Shown here in pieces: positions 45,240-55,446 of a stretch of 64,000 nt of DNA. The notes beneath the pieces are model-generated. The model did no database searches, was not told the origin of the DNA, and saw only the letters and a list, made by a program, of their open reading frames with translations. Made by a program: the position numbers and the translations under genes. How positions within the stretch are numbered: position 1 is the stretch's first letter; every line of letters begins with the position of its first letter. Origin of the DNA: Minisyncoccota bacterium (GTDB lineage: Bacteria; Patescibacteriota; Minisyncoccia; UBA6257; 2-01-FULL-56-20); the NCBI GenBank assembly GCA_041664245.1, contig JBAYLC010000001.1, forward strand, positions 86,654 to 150,653, read 5' to 3'.

Positions 45240-47459
45240 ATGTTAAGTAAAAATATAAAAATTTCCCTTATTATCATCTGCGCCCTATCCGTTTCAGTTG
45301 CCGGTTTCTGGTTAATCTCAAAAACTTTTGCCTTTATTGGTCCCTCGGCCAACCCACCTAGCGGTGACGGAGTATTTAAGGCTATCCTGTTAGATGGCGG
45401 TGGAGTGGGTCTAAAAATTGGTAATGGTATAGAATCAATCACCGATACGAGGCTTCTAATTCACAATCAAGAATCAAACCTTGTCGATCTCAAAATCTAC
45501 AACCCAAACGCAATTGATAGGCAAAATATTTTTGTCGTCAATGGTGCTTCTGGTGTTTCCGTCGGCACAACAACTGTCCCTGCTGTTTTTTTAGGAGGCA
45601 ATCCTAAGTATAGGCCGGGAGCCTGCAGTAATACAGTGGGAGAAAGCGGCTCTAATTGCCCGCTAATGTACATAGGGGGAAAATTAATAAGCGAAACCAT
45701 CGGCACCTACAATATCAACGCTTCCGGCACCGTCACTTCCGACGGGGGTTTTATTGGTAATCTTATCGGCGGTGTCTCTGCTAGTGGTGTCACTGCCGGA
45801 ATATTTGGTTCGGCCGGAGTGGGTGGTATCTATGCTTTTCCGAGTAGTTTAGGAGTTGGTCCTAATCCCTCACTTCCAGAATTTCAACTTGATCTATACG
45901 GCGACGCTACTAATAGCGGAATAATTTCTCGGGGAACATATCTCTCAGGAGATACTCTTTCCACTAGTGGAGCCGGTACTAGATTGATTTGGTATCCCCG
46001 AAAAGGGGCCTTTAGAGCGGGCGGAGTTTCTGGCACTCAGTGGGACAATACTAACATCGGTGATTATTCTATTGCGCTTGGTAATGATGTCATCGCCTCC
46101 GGTGGTATTGGTTCCACCGCGATTGGTGATAGTGCCACCGCCTCTGGGTGGTATGGTTCCACCGCGATTGGTGAAAATGTTACTGCCTCCGGCAAGGGTG
46201 GTTCCACCGCGATTGGTTATTACAACACTGCCTCCGGCGAAGGTGGTTCCACCGCGATTGGCGCCAATAACACCGCCTCCGGCAAAAATGGCTCCACAGC
46301 ACTTGGTTATTACACTCAAGCACTAGCAACAACTTCTATTGCCATTGGCACCTATGTCAGATCTTCTAATTATAATTCCATGATCTTGGGTAGTGGTTGT
46401 CGAACTAACGATTCAACTTGGCCCTGCACGATGATAAACAACACCCCCGAATCACTTTACGTAGGTTTCAATAGTGATATCCCTACCCTAGTCGTTACTC
46501 GGAGTAATGGCACAAGCACGACTGGTAATGTCGGCATTAGTAAAACTTCACCTACCTACAAATTAGATGTCGGCGGCGACGTCAACATCACCGGCACTTA
46601 CCGCGTCAACGGAGCAGCATTCGTTTCCGGCATAAACGGAACCGGCACTGATTTATATGTTCCTAAATGGACTAGTGCCGGTACGAAGCTCACTAACTCA
46701 AGTATTTACGATAATGGTGGACAGATAACTCTTGGCACTTCCGCCATGAATCTCTCTCTTCCTGGCCTGATTAATAGTGATCTCACCTTCCGGCCAGACT
46801 ATACCGCTACTATAATTGGCGGTAGCGGAGGAGCAAGTGCCCCATATGATGGTATGCCTCTCTCAATAAAAGGTGGTGCAGCAACCGGAGGGGGTTTTAT
46901 TGGTGGCAATCTCTATCTTGATGGAGGTACTCCCACTGGTGGATCAGCGGCTGGTAATGTTCTAATACAAACTGGTGTGGCTGGCAATGTAGGTATCAGT
47001 AAAACTCCTTCTTCTATTTATAAACTAGATGTCGCCGGCGACATTAATATCACCGGTAGTTATCGTATTAACGGAGTGGCTTTCAATCCTGTGACCGGCA
47101 CCGGTGCTTCTACTAATGTAGCAAAATGGACTGGCCCCTCATCACTCGGAAACTCAATAATGACTGAAAACGCGACTGGGGTTGGTATTGGCATAGCTAA
47201 TCCCGGCCAAAAATTAGATATTCAACCCACAGCTGGCTACCCCTCGATTCTCCTAAGAAGCTCATCTGCTTCTTCTGGCGGGGCATATATTTTTATGCTC
47301 ACTGCAAACGGTAGCGCATCAGGAGGAGATGCCGTTTGTTCCGCAATTGTGGCCAACTCCAAATGCCTTATGTCGTGGAGTTCGGTGGGTTCTAAGCAAA
47401 ACTGTGGTGCTAGCGGATCGGCAAGCGAAAGATATATCTGCGTTGGTTTTGCTCTCTAA
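45240..47459 (+). CDS. large secreted repeat protein with YadA-head/Hep_Hag-like 15-aa repeats (GSTAIGxxxTASGxG)
   Basis: Signal peptide. Five 45-nt tandem repeats at 46111-46335 encode STAIG..TASG units. Gly/Thr/Ser-rich throughout. Confidence 0.6.
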   Translation: MLSKNIKISLIIICALSVSVAGFWLISKTFAFIGPSANPPSGDGVFKAILLDGGGVGLKIGNGIESITDTRLLIHNQESNLVDLKIYNPNAIDRQNIFVVNGASGVSVGTTTVPAVFLGGNPKYRPGACSNTVGESGSNCPLMYIGGKLISETIGTYNINASGTVTSDGGFIGNLIGGVSASGVTAGIFGSAGVGGIYAFPSSLGVGPNPSLPEFQLDLYGDATNSGIISRGTYLSGDTLSTSGAGTRLIWYPRKGAFRAGGVSGTQWDNTNIGDYSIALGNDVIASGGIGSTAIGDSATASGWYGSTAIGENVTASGKGGSTAIGYYNTASGEGGSTAIGANNTASGKNGSTALGYYTQALATTSIAIGTYVRSSNYNSMILGSGCRTNDSTWPCTMINNTPESLYVGFNSDIPTLVVTRSNGTSTTGNVGISKTSPTYKLDVGGDVNITGTYRVNGAAFVSGINGTGTDLYVPKWTSAGTKLTNSSIYDNGGQITLGTSAMNLSLPGLINSDLTFRPDYTATIIGGSGGASAPYDGMPLSIKGGAATGGGFIGGNLYLDGGTPTGGSAAGNVLIQTGVAGNVGISKTPSSIYKLDVAGDINITGSYRINGVAFNPVTGTGASTNVAKWTGPSSLGNSIMTENATGVGIGIANPGQKLDIQPTAGYPSILLRSSSASSGGAYIFMLTANGSASGGDAVCSAIVANSKCLMSWSSVGSKQNCGASGSASERYICVGFAL

Positions 47460-47487
47460 ACTATCCCGTGATCAGATTAATTAGAAA

Positions 47488-49638
47488 TCACTCTGGGTGA
47501 ATTATCTTTTGAAATTCATCCAGTTTTGATTTTAGGAGCGGATATTTTTTCAGCCTCGAATCGGTTTTCAAAATTCCCAGCGCCGCCTCGCGGCTATTTT
47601 TTATTAAATTGAAATCTTGAAGCCCACTCATCGCGAGATCGGGGAGTCCCGTCTGGCTTCGGCCCAAAAACTCTCCCGGCCCTCTAAATTTCAAATCCCG
47701 CTCCGCCAATTCAAAACCGTTTTTTGCCTCCAGAATTGCCTTAAGTCGCCTTTGGGTTGTTTCACCTTTTGAATCCGTAAATAAAAAACAATACGACTGA
47801 TGTTCGCCTCGTCCCACTCGACCTCTAAATTGGTAAAGTTGAGCCAATCCGAATCGATCGCTCCCTTCAATCATCATAATCGTCGCGTTAGGAATATCCA
47901 CTCCGACTTCAATAACTGACGTGGAAACTAAAATATCCGTTTTTCTCTCGCTAAAATCGTGCATAATTTTTTCTTTCTCCTTAGCCTTAAGTTGGCCGTG
48001 GATCATCTGAACTCTTAAATCCGGAAATATATTTTTTGATAATTTTTCAAATTCCTCTTTAACCGATTTAACTTCAAAATTTTTCTGAAAATAAATAACT
48101 TCTTTCTCATTTTGAGCCGCTTCTGGTTTTTCAATCCTTGGGCAAATCACAAAAACTTGTCGGCCATTTTTTGCTTCTTTTCGGATAAATTCGTAAGCCT
48201 CTCCGCGATTTTCGGGAGCGACTATCTTGGTAATTATCCGCTTTCTCCCCTTCGGCAACTCATCAATTATCGAAATATCCAAGTCGCCAAAAATTGTGAG
48301 CATTAATGTTCGGGGAATCGGGGTGGCGGACATACTCAAAAAATGAGGGATTAACCCACTCGAAGTTTTTAAAAGTTCTGCTCGCTGCCTAACGCCGAAC
48401 CGATGTTGTTCGTCCACAATCACTAGTCCTAAGTTTTTAAACTTCACATCTTTCTGGATCAAAGAATGAGTGCCGATAACGATTTTCACTTCCCCAGTCT
48501 GAATTTTTTTGAGCATGTTTTTTTTCGGCACTTCGCTTCCTAATTCGTCATCATAAGAAACTTTTGCCCCGCTTGAAGTAAGGATCCCGAAAGCCGGGAG
48601 TATCTCATCGGCAACCTTTTCTCCCAATCTTTTTAAAAGCAATTTCATCGTTTTAAAATGTTGGTTAGCCAAAACCTCGGTTGGCGCCATAAACGCGGCC
48701 TGAAAGCCGTTTTTCGCGGCTAATAAAGCTGTTAAGACCGCCACTATCGTTTTCCCTGAACCCACGTCGCCTTGGAGCAAACGATTCATCGGTCGATCCT
48801 TATCTAAATCTTTTATAATTTCCCAAAATGATTTTTTTTGGGAAGGAGTTAGTTCGAACGGCAACGCGCTAACAATTTTTTTTACGTAGGGAATATCCGT
48901 CTCAATTCTCGGAGAGTGCTCTTGGGCTAATTTTATTTTTTGCTGAATATTGAAAAGTTGAAGCAGAAAAAGATTTTCAAAAGCGAATCGGCGCCTTATT
49001 TTTTCTGTTTGTTCTAAATCATCCGGAAAATGAATTTTTCGGATTGATTCGTCGATATTGGGCAGATTTTGTTCTTTCAAAATTTCCTCCGGAAGAAAAT
49101 CTTGAAGATGTATTAAATCCTTAAGTACCGGTTGGACTAAAAAACGGAGCGCTCGGGAGGTTAATCCCCGGGTCTCTGGGTAGATCGGCACCAATCGAGC
49201 GGTATGCCTCGTTTCGCTTCGCCTTGAAGTTCTTGTTAATTCGTAATCCGGATGTGATAGATATACTTCGTTTTCCCCGAGCGCCACTTTCCCCGAAAAA
49301 TTCATCATCCGGCCCGGTTTTATGATATTTTTTAAATACGGTTGGTTGAACCAAACCGCCCTCACCTCTCCCGATTCATCCTCGATAGTCGCCTCCACAA
49401 TCACCATCCTTTTCCTCCAGCTTCTTCTGATTTCAACTTCTTTAACTAGCCCATTTATTGTTGCTTCCTGGCCGGGCTCAAGGTCGCTAATCTTATAAAT
49501 TTGAGAAAAATCTTCGTAACGATTTGGAAAATGCCAGACTAAATCACCGACTGTTTTTAAACCCAACCTCTCTAAGCTTTTTAGAAATCGGGGGCTAATA
49601 ATAGAAATTTTCGAAAGCGGCGTGATTAAAGTAAACAC
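47488..49638 (-). CDS. recG: ATP-dependent DNA helicase RecG
   Basis: N-terminal wedge/OB region. Helicase motifs GDVGSGKT, DEQHRFG, and GQLKAKEKEKIM...SVIEVGVDIPNAT. Confidence 0.9.
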   Translation of the reverse strand: MFTLITPLSKISIISPRFLKSLERLGLKTVGDLVWHFPNRYEDFSQIYKISDLEPGQEATINGLVKEVEIRRSWRKRMVIVEATIEDESGEVRAVWFNQPYLKNIIKPGRMMNFSGKVALGENEVYLSHPDYELTRTSRRSETRHTARLVPIYPETRGLTSRALRFLVQPVLKDLIHLQDFLPEEILKEQNLPNIDESIRKIHFPDDLEQTEKIRRRFAFENLFLLQLFNIQQKIKLAQEHSPRIETDIPYVKKIVSALPFELTPSQKKSFWEIIKDLDKDRPMNRLLQGDVGSGKTIVAVLTALLAAKNGFQAAFMAPTEVLANQHFKTMKLLLKRLGEKVADEILPAFGILTSSGAKVSYDDELGSEVPKKNMLKKIQTGEVKIVIGTHSLIQKDVKFKNLGLVIVDEQHRFGVRQRAELLKTSSGLIPHFLSMSATPIPRTLMLTIFGDLDISIIDELPKGRKRIITKIVAPENRGEAYEFIRKEAKNGRQVFVICPRIEKPEAAQNEKEVIYFQKNFEVKSVKEEFEKLSKNIFPDLRVQMIHGQLKAKEKEKIMHDFSERKTDILVSTSVIEVGVDIPNATIMMIEGSDRFGLAQLYQFRGRVGRGEHQSYCFLFTDSKGETTQRRLKAILEAKNGFELAERDLKFRGPGEFLGRSQTGLPDLAMSGLQDFNLIKNSREAALGILKTDSRLKKYPLLKSKLDEFQKIIHPE

Positions 49639-49687
49639 CGCCTATATTATAACATTTGGCTCAATCTATAACTTCTTAATCCCTAAC

Positions 49688-50734
49688 TTACAATAGTAGC
49701 GCTTCTAATAAAATTGGCCCCAGTGTTTCTTTCCGAGAGGTGCCGGCGTATGTTTCCATTTTATAGTAATAAGGGTCAGAGACCGTATTATCGTTGAGTT
49801 GAAAAGAATATGGTCCGTTTAAAATCGGATTATTTTGATCTAAAAGTTTTACCCAGTTGCTTTGAGTTGGCGAGCGGTAAACAATCACACGAGTTATATC
49901 GTCGGTTAAATTCTGCCAGCCGATTTCGATTTTTCGATTCACGTGAGCTACCCAAAAACTTGCCGTCTGTGCTGTGCTTGTTCCGGTCACTTGTCCTGAT
50001 GGACTGTAATAACAAATATAGCCAGGTACATTACAGATGTCCGGTTGTTGTCCGTTAGGCGGGGGTTGATTTCCAATTGGCGGCGTTGTGGTTGAGTTTT
50101 GCCCGGGCGGCAAATCGCTCGGGGGTGGATTACTCGGCGGTTGGTTTGAGAGCGGGGGAGTGTTGCTGGGCAAATTTTGTGAACTGCTTGAAGAATTTTG
50201 GCCGTTGCCGCTTCCACCCGGCGTTCCTCCGTTGTTTGTTCCGCCGGTGTTTTGCGCCACTCCGGTGGCTTTCCAAATAACTTTTCCATCGGCGGAAATT
50301 CCCTGGAACTCATAGATAAAAGTTTCTGGGTTTTCAACTTTTCCCAATTCAAAACTTCCGGAAATCGAGCCAGCGGGGATGGTTACGGTTTGCCAAAGCG
50401 TCAACTCATCACTATCTTTATTTTTTCGGTAGATATTTATTTTCTTTGTTTCTTCCGCCACCCCATCCCAAAGCAAAACCAGAGATCCATCATAACGAAC
50501 GCAAATACTAATTGTTACCTTTCCGTCTTTCGCTCGATTGATAATGTTAGTGCAAGCACTATCGGAATTTGAATTAGCCCGGTTTTTTAAAATAATAAAA
50601 GCCGTTACTCCGCCCGCGACAATTAAAACTGCCGCCGCGATAATTACAGCGTAGAAAAATTTTCTTGAACCGGGCGATTGCGGTTCCTTTTTTGACGCGC
50701 CCTCTCCGCCCTTATACATCCAGCTGACGTCCAT
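49688..50734 (-). CDS. hypothetical membrane-anchored protein with Pro/Asn/Gln-rich low-complexity linker
   Basis: TM helix FFYAVIIAAAVLIVAGGVTAFII. The linker reads NQPPSNPPPSDLPPGQNSTTTPP. Confidence 0.45.
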   Translation of the reverse strand: MDVSWMYKGGEGASKKEPQSPGSRKFFYAVIIAAAVLIVAGGVTAFIILKNRANSNSDSACTNIINRAKDGKVTISICVRYDGSLVLLWDGVAEETKKINIYRKNKDSDELTLWQTVTIPAGSISGSFELGKVENPETFIYEFQGISADGKVIWKATGVAQNTGGTNNGGTPGGSGNGQNSSSSSQNLPSNTPPLSNQPPSNPPPSDLPPGQNSTTTPPIGNQPPPNGQQPDICNVPGYICYYSPSGQVTGTSTAQTASFWVAHVNRKIEIGWQNLTDDITRVIVYRSPTQSNWVKLLDQNNPILNGPYSFQLNDNTVSDPYYYKMETYAGTSRKETLGPILLEALLL

Positions 50735-50748
50735 TGTTTTATTACAAT

Positions 50749-51084
50749 TTATCTAAAAATTAAAACTCCCACGATATAGGAAAATAAATTCATTACAATA
50801 GACAAAACAAGCATTTTTTTCACGTTTTGCCGGAGTGCAAAAGTTAGTAATAGCAACTCAATAAAAACAATCAGGATTTCAAAAAATAATACGATAGTTA
50901 TATTTACTCGAATAAAAGAATAAGCGTTATTTATCCACAAAAAATAATTAAGTATTGGATTTGTTATTAAATTTACACAAACAACACTGACGATTGAGTT
51001 TTTATTTCTAAAACCCAATATAACAGCAATCAATACTTCCACCGCTATTGTGAGTAGTAACGCTGGAAAAAAATTATTTGGCAT
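50749..51084 (-). CDS. hypothetical small membrane protein
   Basis: Three hydrophobic helices. Its start overlaps the upstream gene end. Confidence 0.4.
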   Translation of the reverse strand: MPNNFFPALLLTIAVEVLIAVILGFRNKNSIVSVVCVNLITNPILNYFLWINNAYSFIRVNITIVLFFEILIVFIELLLLTFALRQNVKKMLVLSIVMNLFSYIVGVLIFR

Positions 51085-51379
51085 TCCTTCGTCTTATTTT
51101 TATTAAAACTACGGCTGAAATAACCGTAACAATTACTATTGCACCACACAAAATCAACCCGTTTTGTCCAAAAGGATTATTTTCACTTCCTCCTTCACCT
51201 AGTGGATTCAGGGTACAAAAATGCGTTTGCGGAGTTTGTCCTGGAAGACAATCTGGGGGCACTGCAACATCCGCATAAGCGACTGAAATAAGAACAGTCA
51301 TTGTGAATATCAAACTAGCTATTAAGAAATAAGTTTTTGTATTTTTTGGCATATTTTTTAAGTTATTGATCACGTTCAT
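51074..51379 (-). CDS. hypothetical secreted/anchored small protein
   Basis: Signal-anchor and a C-terminal TM helix followed by RRRNAK. ATGA start/stop overlap with the upstream gene. Confidence 0.4.
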   Translation of the reverse strand: MNVINNLKNMPKNTKTYFLIASLIFTMTVLISVAYADVAVPPDCLPGQTPQTHFCTLNPLGEGGSENNPFGQNGLILCGAIVIVTVISAVVLIKIRRRNAK

Positions 51380-52452
51380 TTATTATGACTAAAAATTTCA
51401 CTTTTTGATAGTAGTTGCAATCCACCGTATAGAGCAGCGGCGGAAATAAAGATGATAGTAAAAATTGTTATGGAGCTATTAAATAGCGGCTTCAAGTTTG
51501 TAAAAACAGGAAATGCGCCTATAAGCAAGGCGAAACAAGTTAAACCAAAAGCAAAAGCAGGTCTTCCGGGCAATATGTTTGATATCGCGACTAAGGTAAC
51601 GGGCATGGTTATATTAAATAAAAACATCCCCGTAATAGCGAGATATGGAATATTTGAACCAAATACAAGAAAAGGTATTGATAAAAATAAAGAACCTACT
51701 GCAACCCTAATCCAACCGAACTTATCCGCTAAAATTCCCCCAAATCCTTTGCCCAACACAACGGCAATTGTTAGGGCGATTAATAAATTAAAGTTTAATT
51801 TCCACGGAAAAAAAACAATAAAACCCACAAGCGATCGAATTGTGACTGATAAAAATACTAAAAGTAAAATAGCTTCGAAATAGTTAAATTTATTTTTTAC
51901 AATCTTGTCATTCCTATAATTCATTTCCGGTTTCCTTATTTTGAATATGAGGAAACACAAAATAAGTAAGATTAAAATAAATGGCCAAACGATAAAATGT
52001 CCATTTTTTCCTAGTATCGTTCCAATTAAAAGACCAAGTGCGCCAGGCGCAACATAAATTCCCGGAGCAGCCGCTTTTCCAGGAGTTAAATTCAAGCTAA
52101 TGCTACCCCCGCCTATATGAAATAAAGCATTACCGACTCCCGCAAAAATAATTGCGGTAATCGGGAAATGTAAAAATATAAGAGCAGAAATTCCCGACAA
52201 AATACAACCCGACAAAACGGCTGCTCGGGGAGATTTAAAATAATCGATAAACAGACCGAGACCGGCCTGAAGTCCAAACGCAAGAACATTATACAGAACA
52301 ACAAGGCCAAAAAACTCTTGTACCCCAACAATTTTATCTCTTAAAATTGAAAAAATTACTGCCGCACAAAGTGCATCAACTACTCCATGTGTAATCCCAT
52401 AAACAATAAGATTAGAAGATATACTCTTTATTGATATTTTTTTATTTTCCAT
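51376..52452 (-). CDS. polytopic membrane protein (transporter-like, ~10 TM helices)
   Basis: Hydrophobicity pattern. No diagnostic motif recognised. Confidence 0.45.
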   Translation of the reverse strand: MENKKISIKSISSNLIVYGITHGVVDALCAAVIFSILRDKIVGVQEFFGLVVLYNVLAFGLQAGLGLFIDYFKSPRAAVLSGCILSGISALIFLHFPITAIIFAGVGNALFHIGGGSISLNLTPGKAAAPGIYVAPGALGLLIGTILGKNGHFIVWPFILILLILCFLIFKIRKPEMNYRNDKIVKNKFNYFEAILLLVFLSVTIRSLVGFIVFFPWKLNFNLLIALTIAVVLGKGFGGILADKFGWIRVAVGSLFLSIPFLVFGSNIPYLAITGMFLFNITMPVTLVAISNILPGRPAFAFGLTCFALLIGAFPVFTNLKPLFNSSITIFTIIFISAAALYGGLQLLSKSEIFSHNK

Positions 52453-52495
52453 AAAAACCGTCTCAATAAATTATCTTTGATTAAACTAAGCTTAG

Positions 52496-52568
52496 TGCCC
52501 CCACCAGGACTCGAACCTGGGACCTTCTCCTTAAGAGGGAGCAGCTCTACCAACTGAGCTATAGGGGC
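52496..52568 (-). tRNA. tRNA-Lys (anticodon CUU)
   Basis: The reverse-complement gives GCCCCTATAGCTCAGTTGGTAGAGC...CTCTTAA...GGTTCGAGTCCTGGTGGGGGCA. Confidence 0.75.
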
Positions 52569-52629
52569 CTGCTTATTCGCTTCCTATTTTACCCAAGTAT
52601 TCTATAATTGAAAAGATAGAGTAAAAAAT

Positions 52630-53103
52630 ATGATTCGAAAATCATTCGTTTTTCTCGTATTTTTTGTTGTAACAGTTAGTATCACTTTCCCGGCATTCGC
52701 CGCTGCGCCCGTTCCCACTTTAGTTGAAGGAGCTAACGAGAGTAAACCCGCTCCAAAAGTTATTCAAGCTAAACCTAGTTTCTCTCTTCAATCTGTTAAG
52801 TTGTGCCTTACTGCTCAATTTTCAGAAGATGATATAAAAAATTTTTCGGCCGGGATTAATCCTTCCGAAAATGAAAAAGCTATTATGTCTAATTGCCTTT
52901 CTTCGCTTATAAAGAGTTTATTAGTTTTTTCTGGGAGTTTTAATAAATTCCCTAACATTTCAGAAAATCAATCAATTGCCAATCCAAAAAATATAAAAGC
53001 AGAAATCAATCCTGCTCCTCCATCGCCAACTTCTTTAATTAATCCAATTAATCTAATGGCGAATATTGTGTCTCAAATTTTTAATTTGTTATTTAAAATT
53101 TAA
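52630..53103 (+). CDS. hypothetical secreted protein
   Basis: Signal peptide FVFLVFFVVTVSITFPAFAAAP. Confidence 0.4.
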   Translation: MIRKSFVFLVFFVVTVSITFPAFAAAPVPTLVEGANESKPAPKVIQAKPSFSLQSVKLCLTAQFSEDDIKNFSAGINPSENEKAIMSNCLSSLIKSLLVFSGSFNKFPNISENQSIANPKNIKAEINPAPPSPTSLINPINLMANIVSQIFNLLFKI

Positions 53104-53148
53104 GAGATTTTTTTGGTGGCGGTTATGTGTAAAATTTATTGGGCTACT

Positions 53149-54402
53149 TCATTTCCCTATATATCCCTCCTTCCGCGCTTTGAATCCTTGGAATTGTGCG
53201 GGTGTGTCGTCAAAGAGTTGTCCTAGAATTTTTCCCCGAAATCCAGATTTTGATACTACTGGAAAAAAGTTTTCTGGAACTCCCAATCTTCGCAATTGGC
53301 TTGTTGCTTGTTCGGGATTACCCCCGGTAAAAATCACAACCTTCTCTCCTTTTTGAACAAGCTCTTGTAATCTTTGTAGCAGGGGGTCATTAATTCGCCC
53401 ATTAATTATTAAAGTTCCATCAACATCAACAAAGTTACCGGGTTCAACTTCTTGAGCAGTTTCCGATGCCTTTATATTTTCCAATAGTGATTCTGGCGAT
53501 ACATTCGGCTGGTCGCCCAAGGAAAAATTTTTGGAAAAGTAATCTTTCACCACCTCTTTTTCAATATTACATTTTGCCAAAATTTCCAAAAATTTTTTTA
53601 ATCCATCAGATTCTTCATCCCCGAAAATCAAAAAGGGATGATCACTTACAACCCTCACAACCTTCTCAACAAATTCTCGAGGTGTTTTTGACGTCAGGAA
53701 AGCACCCACACCGTCTTTAAATTTTTCGTTGTAAGATTCATTAAATGGAGAATCTGGATGAAGCATGAAGGGTTTGTCTATGTCTTCCATGGAAAGACGA
53801 TCCATATTCCATTTCATCATTGGCAATACCATTCGGCTAACATTAAGAGATTCCTCATCCTCAACCGCAAGCTTAACTCCTTCATTTGCTATTTTTTTCG
53901 CCGCTTCGTGAGTTTCAGGATACGTCAGAAGAGAACTTCTCCTAGGGTATCCTTCAATTAGGTGGCATGCCCTATGATTCCACTCTGTTCGTTTCCCTAT
54001 CATATCCGGCGTATCTGCATCTTCACTGGTGTATTTCGGCTTTTCTAATTTAATCAACTCATCAACTAAAACCTCAATAAGGTTTTTATATTTTTCTTCC
54101 GGAGTTTGTGCGTCAAGAAGACGACTTGATAATCCCTCATTTAGGTCAAGGTTTCCATTTGCCTCTGCCTGGTACGTGTAATATTTAGAGTAGTCAGGAA
54201 CTCCAATTCTTTCAGCCAACTCCTTTACTGCGCTAAATCCTTTCTGCTCTATGGCCTTTTTCCATATTGAACTGTCGCCAACTACTTCCCGTGTTTCTCT
54301 AATTTGCTTTGTTTCTTCATCCTCAACCTCAGGAGATGTTTCTTGTTTAGGAGTTAAATCCTTATTGTCGTGTTCTTTGTTGAATCCTTCTTGAGGGGGC
54401 AT
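53149..54402 (-). CDS. hypothetical protein with C-terminal HAD-like hydrolase domain
   Basis: VDVDGTL (HAD motif I, DxDGT) near residue 330. About 300 aa of N-terminal sequence of unknown function. Confidence 0.5.
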   Translation of the reverse strand: MPPQEGFNKEHDNKDLTPKQETSPEVEDEETKQIRETREVVGDSSIWKKAIEQKGFSAVKELAERIGVPDYSKYYTYQAEANGNLDLNEGLSSRLLDAQTPEEKYKNLIEVLVDELIKLEKPKYTSEDADTPDMIGKRTEWNHRACHLIEGYPRRSSLLTYPETHEAAKKIANEGVKLAVEDEESLNVSRMVLPMMKWNMDRLSMEDIDKPFMLHPDSPFNESYNEKFKDGVGAFLTSKTPREFVEKVVRVVSDHPFLIFGDEESDGLKKFLEILAKCNIEKEVVKDYFSKNFSLGDQPNVSPESLLENIKASETAQEVEPGNFVDVDGTLIINGRINDPLLQRLQELVQKGEKVVIFTGGNPEQATSQLRRLGVPENFFPVVSKSGFRGKILGQLFDDTPAQFQGFKARKEGYIGK

Positions 54403-54486
54403 TTAGTTCTTAGTTTAATGATTTATATACGATTATTCTCAGTTTAGTAAAATTATTTTTTCCGTGCAAATTTTGCTTTTCAGCTG

Positions 54487-54560
54487 TGCGCCCACCAGGA
54501 CTCGAACCTGGAACCCTCTGCTTCGAAGGCAGATGCTCTATCCAATTAAGCTATGGGCGC
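54487..54560 (-). tRNA. tRNA-Arg (anticodon UCG)
   Basis: The reverse-complement gives GCGCCCATAGCTTAATTGGATAGAGCATCTGCCTTCGAAGCAGAG...GGTTCGAGTCCTGGTGGGCGCA. Confidence 0.75.
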
Positions 54561-54657
54561 AAGAAAGGGAAATTTCTAGTCTTGTGCGCTTTCGCTCCAA
54601 TTCTAAATAATTTTCGCCATTTTTACAAAAACTAAAGAATCACGTATAAATAGATAA

Positions 54658-55314
54658 ATGACTTCCAGTTTCCCGTTTCTAATTTTTCAACTTATCGTTT
54701 TGATCTTTTCGGTGATGATCCACGAAATTTCCCACGGCTACGTGGCGGAGAAACTTGGCGATCCCACCGCGCGCCTCGCCGGCCGCTTAACTTTAAATCC
54801 AATTAAGCACATCGATATTTTTGGTTCCATCCTTTTGCCGTTTCTGCTTTTTATTTCCGGCTCGGGTGTGATTTTGGGCTGGGCTAAACCAGTTCCTTAT
54901 AACCCGTTCAATCTACACAAAGATATGAAATATGGTCCGCTCAAAGTGGCTCTGGCTGGTCCAGCTTCTAATATCTTACTTCTAGTCGTTCTTAGCCTTT
55001 TCGCGCGGTTAACCGTTGGTGTTTTAAGTCCGACTATAATCGCCCTTTTTGGCTTTATCGCTTTTCTAAATATCTATTTAGCTATTTTTAATCTTGTGCC
55101 AATTCCACCACTCGATGGTTCAAAAATTTTGCCGCTCATTCTCCCTCGCCGCTACGCTTTCGATATTGAAAGATTTGGTTTTATGGGTATTTTTATAGTT
55201 TTTATTTTCGTCTATTTATTTTCCCCAATAATCTCCAAAATCGCCGCCTGGATTTTTCTTAACATCGCCGGCAGCCACGTTTTTATAACCACCTTCCAAG
55301 TTTTGGGTGGATAA
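54658..55314 (+). CDS. site-2 protease family zinc metalloprotease (peptidase M50B-like)
   Basis: HEISHG (HExxH) within the first TM helix, and LNPIKHIDIFGS, typical of M50B. Confidence 0.75.
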   Translation: MTSSFPFLIFQLIVLIFSVMIHEISHGYVAEKLGDPTARLAGRLTLNPIKHIDIFGSILLPFLLFISGSGVILGWAKPVPYNPFNLHKDMKYGPLKVALAGPASNILLLVVLSLFARLTVGVLSPTIIALFGFIAFLNIYLAIFNLVPIPPLDGSKILPLILPRRYAFDIERFGFMGIFIVFIFVYLFSPIISKIAAWIFLNIAGSHVFITTFQVLGG

Positions 55315-55337
55315 GGACTTATAAATAAGAGCAATAT

Positions 55338-55446
55338 TTGACATTATTCCTTCTTTTTTCTAACATTTATCCGATGTCCTAAACAGTCACGATTTTGAAC
55401 TGTTTACAGTGAGCAAGTCGAACTGCCCGAGGACAGTTCATTTTTT
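55338..55446 (+). promoter_or_regulatory. str-operon promoter (TTGACA-17-TAACAT) plus leader with attenuator-like alternative hairpins and a terminator-like stem + U6 ending 12 nt before rpsL ATG
   Basis: Hexamers at 55338-43 and 55361-66. Hairpin A:B is AAACAGT...ACTGTTT (55381-405). Hairpin D:E is GAACTG-cccgagga-CAGTTC (55420-439) followed by TTTTTT. Segment B (GAACTGT) is identical to D and could pair with E instead. Confidence 0.45.

Noticed and set aside
46095-46335. Regularly spaced direct repeats (45-nt period)
   Set aside because: Not a CRISPR array. The repeats are in-frame coding repeats (GSTAIG...TASG) of a surface protein, with spacers equal in length to the repeats and no cas genes.
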